A stretch of 64,000 nucleotides of DNA from Vicugna vicugna (taxonomy: Eukaryota): positions 334,563 to 398,562 of the forward strand of contig MU057597.1 of NCBI GenBank assembly GCA_013265495.1, written 5' to 3'. The notes beneath the pieces are model-generated. The model searched no databases. It was given only the letters and a program-made list of their open reading frames with translations, and was not told the origin of the DNA. This document shows positions 1-11,636 of the stretch, piece by piece (the stretch's first letter is position 1; each line of letters starts with the position of its first letter). The translations under genes and the position numbers were made by a program.

Positions 1-1695
1 TATAGATTCCAGGATAGTAAGTTGTTTTAAATCTAACGTGGAAAGAAACTGTTATAGATGCCAGTCAACCTGGAGAGCCTAACCATGTGTAATTAGTGAT
101 CATTATCAAGCGCAGAGTAAGGTGGAATATGCTTGGGTCAATAGAAAGCTAGTGACTCCTTCAGGATTTTACAGAAAAGACTACCTTTCATTAACTTACA
201 GATGAGAAGTGTGGTACATTCTAAATAAAATGCTATCAAAATGCAGCTTCAGTGGCCACGTTTGAATTCTTCCCAAGCACCCTGCTTTTCTCTGCATTAG
301 ACTGTCCTCTATAACACTAGGTCTTGAGTGTCCAAAAATAAGACAAATTTTCATGAATCACTGATATGCAACAGCTGTTCCCTTTTAAAAGGGAGGGAAA
401 CCATCTTTCCCCTCCAGTTTTTCTACCACACAGCTAACCCTTCGTGTACTCATACGAAAACCTCCTTCTCTCAGTGTCGGTTCTGCTCTGTTTCATGATC
501 ATCTGATAGAGAAATTTTTTTCCTATAAGCATCAGGAATGGTCCTCAGATTGTTAAGACTGAGGAAAGAGGGTGGGAAGGGATACATTTGGGAGTTTGAG
601 ATTTGCAAATATTAACCACTATACATAAAAATAAGTTTCTTCTGCATAGCACAGGAAGCTATATTAAATATCTTATAATAACCTTTAAATGGAAAAGTAT
701 ATGAAAATGAATATATATATGCATATGTCTGACTGGGACATTGTGCTGTACACCAGAAATTGACATATTGTAACCTACTGTACTTCAGACAAACAAACAA
801 AAAAAATCAGTGGCCTTCAGTCATAACAAATCTAGAGGAGGTGCCTTGACCACAGAAAGCAGGATATTTTGGATAATAGTTTTATGTCTGTACTGTTACT
901 CCTCATGCTCTCGAATTTAGACCATATTGCATCTTAAAACGGGTGTCCTGGTTTTTCCCAGTCACATGGATCTGAATAAACCCCACCTCATGAAGTAGGT
1001 CCTTTCCTCTTACCCACCCCTTCCCTGGGAGCGTCAAGGCGATAAATGAAAAGCAGGTAATGCAAGAATAACATCAACAAATTTCAGCATTCAGGTTGGA
1101 GGTCACTAATAAGAATGTGTCCGTTTCAAGAAACCTCAACTAATTCAATAAAAACATTGTACAATCTGCAGATAATGAGATCTTTCCACAGATGTCCTTG
1201 CTCATTGACAGGTATCGATCTCATGAGTTTTAAAGAATTTCAACACTTAATTCTGTTTGGAATTTAACATCAGAGTTTGGTTAATCTTCAAAAGTATGAG
1301 TTTCTTAGTGTAAGTCCACTGAGAGCATTGCTTGAACATTTGTCACCTTCATTACATTTGTCATGTTTCTGTCTAGCGTGAGTTGGTTGTGGTGTATCCT
1401 GAGGTTAATGCTTAAAGTCCTTGACACATTTGTACATTTCCATCTTATGTGAATTCTTTCATGACCACAAAGGTGCAGATTTTTGATACAGTTGATCATA
1501 CTCATTAAATTTGTTAAGTTTCTCTCTATAAAGAATTCTGTTGTTCCACAAGGCTTCAGACTTCGATATGCTTTGCCATATACTTTTTGTGGTTTCTCTC
1601 AAAAATATATATATTCTGATATCAAGTGAGGTGTGAGTTCTAGTTACAGGCTTTGCCACATAGATTAGTTTTATACGGTATCTCTCCACAATGGA
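1..1695 (-). pseudogene. Inverted relic of a paralogous KRAB-ZNF last exon: degenerate C2H2 repeats (about 1290-1695) plus 3' UTR
   Basis: The reverse complement shows decayed finger and linker DNA (ggagagataccgtataaaactaatctatgtggcaaagcc; gagagaaacc; catgaaagaattcac). The reverse complement of 1-480 aligns by eye with the gene A 3' end at about 31110-31590 (e.g. atgaaaatttgtcttatttttgga vs atgaaaaattagtcttattcttgga; taggctctccaggttga vs taggctctcaggattga). Confidence 0.8.
560..806 (+). mobile_element. LINE-1 3' UTR fragment with A-rich tail
   Basis: Typical artiodactyl-type L1 3' end (gggagtttgagatttgc...tatagcacagg-like...gctgtacaccagaaattgac) ending in caaacaaacaaaaaaaa. Confidence 0.75.
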
Positions 1696-1704
1696 ATCGC
1701 TTGT

Positions 1705-2170
1705 TATTTTTAATTGAAATGTAAGTGATACATAATATTACGTTTCCAGTGTAGCATTGCTGGTGTAATATTTACATACATTATGAAATGATCGGCACAA
1801 TAAGTCTAGTAGCCATCTGTCCCCAAACAAAATTTTTTATGCTGCATGTTACATGCCATGACCTATTTATTGTCCAACTGGACATGTGACCCTCTTGTTC
1901 CTCTACACCTATCTCACCCCACTACCCCTTTCTGAAAATCACAAGTTTTACTGTGAGTCTGTTTTCACCATATTTTTCATTTTTTAAAAAGATTCTGTAT
2001 AGAAATGAAACCATGTGGTATTTGTCTTTTTCTCACTTCTTTCACTTAGCCTAATACCTTCTAGATCCATCCATGTTGTTGCCAATGGCAAGATTTCTTT
2101 ATCTTATGGCTGAGTAATAGTCCATTCTATATGTATATCCCACACTTTCATTATCCATTTGTTCATCAGT
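1705..2170 (-). mobile_element. Old LINE-1 3' fragment
   Basis: Antisense L1 3' motifs (tggtatttgtcttt...ttcacttagc...atccatgttgttgccaatggcaagatttc...tggctgagtaatagtccatt). Confidence 0.7.
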
Positions 2171-2253
2171 GGTGCTCAACCCAGGCTTCACGTTAGATTG
2201 CTGAGACATTCTGCAAATACTTGTTTTGTATCCTCTGACCAGGAGTCCCTTTC

Positions 2254-3001
2254 TTTCTTTGTTTTTTCTTTTTTTTTTTNNNNNNNNNNNNNNNNNNNNN
2301 NNNNNNNNNNNNNNNNNNNNNNNNNNNNNNNNNNNNNNNNNNNNNNNNNNNNNNNNNNNNNNNNNNNNNNNNNNTTTTTTTTTTTTTGAGCTACCACAAG
2401 ATCTTGTATATATTTCCCTGTGCTATATGGTATAATCTTGTATATCTATTCTGCATATGCCTGTCAGTATCTACAGACTTTGAACTCCCAGTCTGTACCT
2501 TCACGCCCCCCCCGCCCCCTTGGCAACCACAAGTTTGTATTCTATGTCTATGACTCTGTTTCTGTTTTGTATTTATGTTCTGTTTTTTTGTTTTTTTTTT
2601 TTTAGTTTCCACATATGAGTGATCTCATGGCATTTTTCTTTCTCTTTCTGGCTTACTTTACTTACAATGACATTCTCCAGGAGCATCCATTTTGCTGCAA
2701 ATGACATGTTGTCGCTTTTTATGGCAGAGTAGTATTCCATTGTATAAATATACCACATTTTGTTTATCCAGTCTTCTGTCGGTGGACGTTTAGGCTGTTT
2801 CCATGTCTTGGCTATTGTAAATACTGTGCTATGAACATTGGGGTGCAAGTGTCTTTTTAAAGTAGAGTTCCTTATGCCCAGGAGCAGGATTACTGGGTCA
2901 CATGGTAAGTCTTTTCCTAGTCTTTTGAGGAATCTCCATACTGTTTTCTACAGTGGCTGGACCGAACTGCATTCCCACCAGCAATGTAGGAGGGCTCAGA
3001 C
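2254..3001 (-). mobile_element. 5'-truncated LINE-1 with 10 bp target-site duplication (contains assembly gap 2280-2374)
   Basis: Poly-T at the left end. The minus ORF 2573-2848 resembles the L1 ORF2 C-terminus (FTIAKTWKQPK...WYIYTMEYYSAIK). TSD agtccctttc at 2244-2253 and 3002-3011. Confidence 0.9.
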
Positions 3002-3452
3002 AGTCCCTTTCATATAGTCTGTGTGGGGTCCAACCTCAGTGATATTTAAGGGGCCCCAGGTGATTCCAGTCTGGGTCCCTCACTGAGCATCCTGACTCAG
3101 TCCTCCCATCCTGAGGTCTGGAATCTGGGCTGAGGGGGAGGGGGCTCTGCTCTGCGTGGGGATGGATCAGGGCCTGGTCTGTGACCTGAAGGGGACTGTC
3201 AGGTCTAGCTGAGGCACCCACTGCTGCCATGTAGGGGAGGGGCTCACCAGGAGGGGAGGGTGATGTGAGGACAGTGTGGGGAAACTCCCTTGTTGGTCTG
3301 TGTGGAGTTTCCTATCCTGAGTCCCTCCTGTGACAGTGGGCAGCAGAGGACTGTCTGTTCCACATGGTGAGGTCTCCCCTGTGTGTGTGGTTGTGGCACA
3401 GGGAGGGGTGTGTTGATTCTCAGCATTGACTACCATGTTTTCATCCTTCAAG

Positions 3453-3542
3453 ATTGACTTCTGAAGACTAACATTGCTTAAGGAAGAAGTTCTGAAAAGA
3501 AGGAAGAGGAAAGGAAAGAAGTCAGGAATGGCTGTTTCTCAG
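3453..3542 (+). pseudogene. Orphan KRAB-ZNF start-codon exon (MAVSQ at 3528-3542) within a duplicated fragment of about 2170-3705
   Basis: Paralogous to exons 14758-14843 and 40765-40855, with an intact CAG|GTAAAG donor. No KRAB or ZF exon follows before the next promoter. Confidence 0.75.
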
Positions 3543-3705
3543 GTAAAGTCCTATTCTCACTGGATTCCCCGTCTGTCCTTCCTGATATACCCTTCTTTGG
3601 ACTCACTAATCCTGTCTGACTGCAGCGTCCTGCCTGACACCTGTACATTCACAGTCACGCAGGACCCTCCCTCAGCGCCTGTCCTCCCCACTTAGACTTC
3701 ATCCC

Positions 3706-5866
3706 TATGATAATTGTATTTCAGATTGATGATTAGAGTCCTTTCAGTGATTCCTCTGAAGATGAAACAGATTTGCAAAAGCATCAGAGTAATGCCATAA
3801 TTGCCCATAAATGACAAAAGTCTTGATAATGCTTATTATTAAAGACCCAATGAGAGATAACTAGAATGGGATTAAGTAACAAATCTACTTATTTCTGTAA
3901 CGTATCTTTTAAAACTATGACTGGTAATATTATATCAAGACATCTTAGGATCTGAGGAGTTTCATACAATTTTGGAATCCTCTATTAATGTATAAGAAAT
4001 ATAAGGTTAAAAGGTTTAGTTGTTTTTGTTTTTTCTTTTAGTTTGGCAGAGCTCCAATTAACAGGAGCATATTAAATAACCCTGATTAGTTCCACATGTA
4101 CCAGGTGAGAGAGAAATCCTTCAGGATATTCCAGGGGTCATCTAGAAGAGCCTAGAGTTATTTGAAAGTCAAAAAGTCTTCAGTCAGATTCAGATTTTTG
4201 GGAAGGTTGTCACAAATACCACAAGGTTGTGTACATTGACTCATATAGGAAATGATACTTACTCAACCATTTGTTCAAAGTAACAATACGAGATTTCAAA
4301 GACAAATACAAAAGGATATAGAGTTGTGAGGGATACTTAGCTCTGCTGTGTTGAAAGGTTTTACTTAGGAATCATAGACCTGTTGAAGAAAACAAGAAGT
4401 GTAGGAAATAAGTTTAGTAAAACCCAATTTTTTTCCTAACCAGTTTATGTAAAGGTAAGGCAAAACCTTTCACAATCTCTTATTAGGATCAGACCAGTAG
4501 TCAAAAACATTTTCCTTTAAAAGAACAATCATTTTTCATTTATCAGAAAACCCAAATTTGAATTTTATACCAAGGCTGTTTTAACGTTAAACTCAATTAT
4601 CTTTATTTCCTGTGTAAAGGAAGCCAAACATAGGTGAACCTACTTTTAGTAATGTGTTAGTATTTTATCTTATTTGGAAATGATCTAGATATTTAATAAC
4701 TACCCATCATTCAGTTTAACTTGGGAGAAGTGTAAGGTTTTACATTGCCGAAGAGATTTGGGAAAGCAATTCAAAAGCTTTACCTTAAACGCTTTACCTC
4801 ATACACATATAATGAATTCAGTTGTTTTCAACATTAATGTTTAGATTACTCACAAAAAATTTTATCATGCAGAGTTATTTTTCTTGCTGGCAATTTTATG
4901 ACAGAGACAACATAAGCTTTTTTGACTGAAAAATCTAGGTAGCGTAAAAATTATATGCCTCCATTGTTTTCATTTCATTTTATTTTGCTATTTTTTGATA
5001 GAGATACTGGAGATTGAACCCAGGACCTCGTGCATGCTAAGCATGCGCTCTGCCACTGAGCTGTACCCTCTCTCCGCCATTATTTTCAGTTTTGGTAACT
5101 CCAAAGATATGTGTGTTTTCATCGAACCAAGAACCTTAAGCTAGCTTTCAGTTATTAAACTTTAATCCCACATTGCATGAACTTGAATAGCATTTTGGTT
5201 AGGTTTCCTTAGTTTCCTTAATTTCTATAAGTGCTTGTTTGTTTTTAAGCCAAATGAGTAGAGTTCTTTTACAAATTGTAGCAATACCATCCCAACTGAG
5301 GAAAAAAAAAACACATCTACAAGATACATATACACATATATAGAGATACACATGAAAGTGCAGACAGATGCAAACAGAAAATATGTATTTCCCTTTAATT
5401 TTTAGCCAAGTCTCAGATATGAATTCAAAAGACGTTAGATCCAATTTGTGTTTGCATGGTGTGTGGACTCTTTTAAATCTTTTGTGAAATTGATTTATCT
5501 TTTGGAAGCTTCTGCATACCAGTGAAACAATGCATTACGTTGTCTGCAGAGAGGATATGAACCCTCTCTTGTCAGGGTGCTTTTATGTGTACGGGAAGGT
5601 GCAAAAGTCTCGGCTCATTGAAATCATTCCTTGGATCTGCACGCTAGCTATCTAGGGCCAGTATTCTATTGTTTCATATCCTGAGTTCCCCGAGGGTGCA
5701 CCACTGGGGGTGGCTGCAGTTGGTGAGGGCTTGGCTGAAGTCAGTCTGTTCTTCTCCATCCTGAATTCCCTCAGGTTCCCTGTCCTGGGCAGTGGTAGTG
5801 GCTGATGGCTTAATGGTCAAAGCATCTTTTGTTTGCTGATATGTCAGGCAACATTTTTCATTCACA
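3706..5866 (-). mobile_element. Degraded ERV1-class internal sequence plus LTR portion (LTR about 5560-5866)
   Basis: AT-rich non-coding ERV-internal-like sequence followed by LTR-like text (ggctcattgaaatcattcc...tatctagggccagtattc...gctgatatgtcaggcaacatttttcattcaca) whose terminus reads TGTGAA on the minus strand. Family assigned from recall only. Confidence 0.5.
4965..5075 (-). mobile_element. tRNA-derived SINE (Vic-1-like)
   Basis: gattgaacccaggacctcgtgcatgctaagcatgcgctctgccactgagctgtaccc is an antisense tRNA-like A/B box head. Confidence 0.85.
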
Positions 5867-6450
5867 GGTTCATAAAATCTTCCTACCAACATGGCTAGTG
5901 AGACACATTGTAAAATATAAAGTCATCTACCTAATAAAAGTAAACAAAACTTATCCAAGTCACTACATCTTTTAAAAAATGTGATAAATCTTCTTTTATT
6001 CATATCTGTGTTACACCAGGACATTCTGCTCCTTTTACCTGAAAATATTTTAAATATGCTAATTTCTTTATCTAAACATCATCATATTTCCAGGGATTCC
6101 CATGTTGCTATGAATGAAATGTTTCACATGTAGGGATGTGATAAAACATACATTGTAGTAGATATTCTCTGACATACATTTCCATAAATATGTTACCGGT
6201 TGAAATGAACTTGTGTATTTCACTGTGTATTTTCACTTTCTTTAGGGTTCGTATTAAAGAGAATGAACTTGGCTACTAAATGCCCTTGGACATATTGCAG
6301 CTTAATTATTCTTTAGATGGAAACAAATCCCAATGTCTTCTGAAGACTAAATATTTTACCGGCTCTGTTATCCACACTTGGGAGACAGGATTCCCAGAGA
6401 TGGGCCATTATGTATAGCTTAAGCTTATAGGCAACATCCCTTTAGTGATT

Positions 6451-8484
6451 TTTTTTTTATGTATCTACTGAGCTAGCAGCCACATAAAAGAGCTGGAGAC
6501 AGCCCTGCTATTTTCCTGGAAAAATGAGGAGAGGGAAAGTTTTAGCATGTCACTTATAAGAGCTCTCAACTGATAATTGTAGAGAAATTTATTTATTCTT
6601 AATAGTCTAAAATCACTTTTGGTTTATTTTACCAATGGAATCCCATTACACTTATCTTTCTGGGATTCTCGCTCTCTCTCCCTCTCTCTCTCGCTTCTCT
6701 GCCAATCTTCTCAATGTTTAGTGTCTACCCTTTTATGGATTTTTAGGATTACTTCACTGCTTGGTTTGATAGCAGCTGATTTTAACCCTGGGAGCTTTGA
6801 TTCTTAGAGTAGTATCTTCTCACTAGGCCAGCGTTTCCTTGCCTATTTCAGTCTGTGGACTTGTTCTTCTAGGGGAGGTTTTTCCTCTGGCTCATATTAA
6901 ATAATTCACCAATCAGGGAAGAAGACCTCTTCTTGATGTTCTTAATCCCTTCTCTCCCATTTTGGTTGCTATTTCTGTTTTCATCTACATTTTATATCCA
7001 GACATCTACCTTTCTCACTAAAATGTATTAAAAGGCTTTGAGGAAAATTGTATGACAAGCCAAAGAAATCTTTACATTATTCATTATGACACTTAGCACA
7101 TTATGTTTTACATGCTTGCATTTTTGTCTTTCTTCCCCTATTAGACTGTGAATTTCGGGGCAAGAGCTGTGGCTTTATCTTTTTTTTTTTTAAACATTTT
7201 TTATTGATTTNNNNNNNNNNNNNNNNNNNNNNNNNNNNNNNNNNNNNNNNNNNNNNNNNNNNNNNNNNNNNNNNNNNNNNNNNNNNNNNNNNNNNNNNNN
7301 NNNNNNNNNNNNNNNNNNNNNNNNNNNNNNNNNNNNNNNNNNNNNNNNNNNNNNNNNNNNNNNNNNNNNNNNNNNNNNNNNNNNNNNNNNNNNNNNNNNN
7401 NNNNNNNNNNNNNNNNNNNNNNNNNNNNNNNNNNNNNNNNNNNNNNNNNNNNNNNNNNNNNNNNNNNNNNNNNNNNNNNNNNNNNNNNNNNNNNNNNNNN
7501 NNNNNNNNNNNNNNNNNNNNNNNNNNNNNNNNNNNNNNNNNNNNNNNNNNNNNNNNNNNNNNNNNNNNNNNNNNNNNNNNNNNNNNNNNNNNNNNNNNNN
7601 NNNNNNNNNNNNNNNNNNNNNNNNNNNNNNNNNNGGATTTTTGAATGACGGCCATTCTGACTGGTGTGAGGTGATACCTCATTGTAGTTTTGATTTCCAT
7701 TTCTCTGATAATTAGTGATATTGAGCATTTTTTCATGTGCCTTTTGATCATTCGTATATCTTCCTTGGAGAATTGCTTGTTTAGGTCTTCTACCCATTTT
7801 TGGATTGGGTTGTTTTCTTCTTATTGAGTCTTATGAGCTGCTTATATATTCTGGAGATCAAGCCTTTGTCGGTTTCATTTGCAAAAATTTTCTCCCATTT
7901 CGTATGTTGTCTTTTTGTTTCACTTATGGTTTCCTTTGCTGTGCAGAAGCTTGTAAGTTTCATTAGGTCCCATTTGTTTATTCTTGCTTTTATTTCTTCT
8001 AGGAGAAAATTTTTGAGATGTATGTCAGATAATGTTTTGCCTATGTTTTTTCCTCTAGGAGGTTTATTGTATCTTATGTTTAAGTCTTTGATCCATCTTG
8101 AGTTGATTTTTGTATATGGTGTAAGGGAGTGTTCTAGCTTCATTGTTTTACATGCTGCTGTTTTCCCAACACCATTTGCTGAAGAGATTGTCTTTTTTCA
8201 TTGTATATTCTTGCCTCCTTTGTCGAAGATGAGTTGACCAAAAGTTTGTGGGTTCATTTCTGGGCTCTCTATTCTGTTCCATTGGTCTATATATCTGTTT
8301 TTGTACCAATACCATGCTGTCTTGATGACTGTAGCTCTATAGTATTGTCTGAAGTCTGGGAGAGTTATTCCTCCAGCCTCTTTCTTTCTCTTCAGTTAAT
8401 GCTTTGGCAATTCTTGGTCTTTGATGGTTCCATATAAATTTTATTATGATTTTTTGTAGTTCTGTGAAATATGTCCTGGGTAAT
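6451..8484 (-). mobile_element. LINE-1 insertion (L1 body 7180-8484, gap 7211-7634) with probable 3'-transduced segment 6459-7179
   Basis: L1 ORF2 peptides on the minus strand ([46 protein letters not shown]). Two poly-T tracts (6449-6458, 7180-7191). 12 bp TSD cctttagtgatt at 6439-6450 and 8485-8496. Confidence 0.8.
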
Positions 8485-8573
8485 CCTTTAGTGATTAACA
8501 AGCAAGAGAATACAAAGGTTAAAGTAAAGGAAATGCATCTAATATGGACTCAGATTTGTTCTTCTCTATTACA
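8485..8573 (-). mobile_element. LTR end fragment, continuing at about 6381-6450 on the other side of the L1
   Basis: The minus strand begins tgtaatagagaagaacaaatctgagtccatattag, a typical ERV1 LTR start. Confidence 0.55.
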
Positions 8574-9699
8574 GTAATAAATGCTCTTATTAATATTGCA
8601 AATTAATTATTCTTCATATGGTAATAAAATCCAATGTCTTCTGAAGTTTATTTTACAGGCTTTGTTATCTTTCCATGCTTGACAGAACTTTCAGAAATAG
8701 AAAACAAAGGGAAGAGATATAATATATTACAGTTTGAAAATTAAAAGTGAAGCTTTCTAATTATCCCCATAACAGACACATATACAGTCAGTTTGAAACT
8801 ATAATGTGTTTAGTGATTATACCCTTAAGTATAATTTCATAAAGAAGTTTTTATGAGCGATAGTTAAAAGTAAATCCCAAAAGTGGGGTATAGAGAAAGT
8901 ATTTTAAAGAATAGTGCAAATTTCATAAAAGGAAAAAATTTTTTCCTGTTTCTGTGGTTTCTCTTTTTATTCTATGTATATCGGATGATGGATGCTAACT
9001 AAACTTACTGTGGTAATTATTTCAGTATATGTAAGTCAGAATATTATGCTGTACCTTAACCTTACACTGATGTATGCCAAGTACCTCTCAATAAAACAGT
9101 GGGGAAAGTTGGTGTTAAACGCAAATAAAACACTTTAGCAAAAAGAAAGAATAATGCAAGTTATATCAATTTTTAAAAATGTATTACTCTTTTTAAAGCA
9201 ATGGTTAGTGAGAGAAATTATCACATGCCTTAGTCTTCCCATCTCAGACCCCAGGTTTTGTCCCTGAATCTCGGGAACTGACAGCAAGTTTAGTTGTAAT
9301 GCTGGTTGAAGAGGGAACACAAGGGAAAACCTTTCTGTACGGTGTCAGTCTGAAATGGACCATTCTACCAAGAGAGAGTTTTGTATTTCTCATTCTAGTT
9401 TGTAATACAGAGAGAAGTCCATCTGTCGTTTCCTTAAACTGCTTAAATTAATTCAAATTGCAGGAAATGTTACCGGATCCACCACCGCCCCACAGCGACC
9501 ACCTGCAGACCCACGTTCCTAACCACTGAATTCCGTGAGCCTCACGAGCGGGACAAGCGAGCCACCTGCTGGCAATAACTGCTTTTTATTGAAACCGCCT
9601 TGAACCTGTTAGGATACATCTTAATTTCCGACATAACTGGTCCACACTGTAAGCTTTTACCTTAAAATTGGTGGAAATTAACCTAAAATGAGCAGTTTC

Positions 9700-10400
9700 A
9701 GGTACAGGGAAGCACCACCCCCTCCCCGCCCCCTGCGCTGACGTAGACTTACTCGCTCGCCCCGCCCCTCGCGGGTTGCGTCCGCCCCGGAAGTCCCGCC
9801 CCCGACTCCGCGCGCCCAGATTCTTCCGGAACCGGAAGAGGAGAGCGCGGATGGAAGGTCACGCTGAACAGTCTGTTTCCCTTTCTAGTGTAAATCTGTG
9901 CTGCGAGGTCCCCCTTTCTCCGTCCTCAGGGTGTGCGAGTCTCTATGGACCTAAAACCCCAGCAACCGGCCCTCCGACCCACGTAAATCCAGAGTCGCCG
10001 TCCCAGGTGGGGTATCACTTTCCTTTGGGTTTGAAACCGCTCGGAGGCTGGTCCCTGCCCTTGGCTTTTCTGCCTTCTGTCGCGGAGCCACTGCCTTTCG
10101 TGTCTTTTTCCTCTTTGATCCTTTTCTAACCTCGGCCATCCCACTCCCACCCCTTGTAACGTCCTCTTCCGCTAGGTGGACTCGCGCCCCCAGCCTCGCC
10201 CTCGGTCCCTGGAGGGCAGCGCCGGTCGCCCCGCTCCCGTGAGGCCGCGTCCTCTCCTGGGTCCCGGGATTCTGGGGACCCCGGCCTCTCCTGAGACCCC
10301 CTCCCTCCCAGCCCCTCTGGCCTCCTGTCCTCCTCAAGGCTGTCCATCTGCTCCGCGGGCTTCCCCTTCGTAGTCAGCCCTTCCCCCACCCTGCGTTGGG
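9700..10400 (+). promoter_or_regulatory. CpG-island promoter and non-coding exon 1 of KRAB-ZNF gene A
   Basis: CpG-dense region with GC boxes, ETS site CCGGAAGT at 9787-9794, TTCCGGAACCGGAAG at about 9824-9838 and a TGACGT motif at about 9739. Paralogous to 34200-35000 and 60550-61300. Confidence 0.8.
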
Positions 10401-11544
10401 GTGGGTGACTTGGCTACCCTGTGACACCCAATATTCTTCCGTCCCAAGTTGAACCCAGCTGGAAAATGGTCTCTTCTGGTAGGCGGTCATCTTATTTTGT
10501 CTCCATCCTTGTAAATCCGTGGATGAGGGGGATCAGAAATAGCAAAGGAAAGAGCGAATGAGAGAGAAATAGGAAAAGTGCAAATGAGAAAGGAATGAAG
10601 GAGAACCGTTGTAGAAAGAGTGACTGAGTCACTTGTAAAGGGACAGTCAACGAAAGAGATGTAGTCTTCAAAAGAGCAGGTGCATAAAATAGAAACGTGA
10701 ATAAAGCAACAGGATCTCCATGGATTGGAGAGCAACCTAGAGAGAGGGGCCCTGGGTCAGCGGTAGGAGGTGGAGCACTTCATACAGAGAGCGGCCGGGT
10801 AGGATAAACGAGTTGGGACCTCAGCATTCAAAGCATGGTACCCTGGGAGAGGAAAAGAGGACTGCTAATGAGTAGAATACCAGACGAAGAGAGAGAGCAG
10901 GCAGGGAGCACAGCCACCTGGGATGCCAGCGAGTGGGGAGGGTGACCGGGATAGAAGAGGTGCAAACGGAAGGAGGAGGGAGAGCAGAGGTGGGGGAGGA
11001 GGCAGAAATTCAGGGGTATTTAGGACAATGAGAAAGCTTAGGCGGAAGGAGGAACAAGACGGGAAGCAATTGCAGGGTGGGAAGGGACAGGAGTAAGAGA
11101 AGAAATAGAGAGGAAGGCAGACACAGCAGGAGAGTAGAGGGGAACAAAAAGAGACCGAGAAGGAAATAGGGAGACGTAAACAGAATGAAAAGGAAACATA
11201 ATAGTGCATGTAGAGGGGGAAACTGGATCCAGATGAATGGTGAGTTGTTTGGATGTGGATAATTAGTGATTTATTGATTTATGGCCTTAGACTCTTAAGA
11301 AATTTGTTTGCTTAAATTATACAGGTGAGGATGAGAATTGCACTGGTTTCCATAAGGTTTGGGCATTTTGAAATTGTTTGCATTATAAAATAACTTCCAT
11401 TTGTAATCCCTCTTCAGCCGAGGGACAGTGACTAGACTTAGTTGTGGTTCAGGCCATTCCCTTTTCCTGTCATGGGGGAGAGGACTGGGGAAAAAATGAC
11501 AGCTCTGACATGATACCTCTTAAAGGGAACGTTAAAAGTGTTCT

Positions 11545-11636
11545 TGTTTTTAAAATTTTTTTAAATGGAGGTACTGGAGATTGAACCCAGGACTTTGTGC
11601 TTGCTAAGCACTCTACCGCTGAGCTATACCCAGCCA
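11545..11636 (-). mobile_element. tRNA-derived SINE (Vic-1-like)
   Basis: ggaggtactggagattgaacccaggac...gagctataccc. Confidence 0.8.

Noticed and set aside
3474..3527. Basic N-terminal extension LKEEVLKRRKRKGKKSG upstream of MAVSQ
   Set aside because: It resembles extensions in some primate paralogs, but no upstream ATG exists here, and the equivalent is out of frame in gene A and lacks an ATG in gene B.
7101..7797. Long ORFs containing X runs (also 2159-2435)
   Set aside because: They are artefacts of assembly gaps inside L1 fragments.
10500..11230. Purine-rich strand-biased tract after each CpG island
   Set aside because: Low-complexity GA-rich intron sequence inherited by duplication, with no specific structure I can support.
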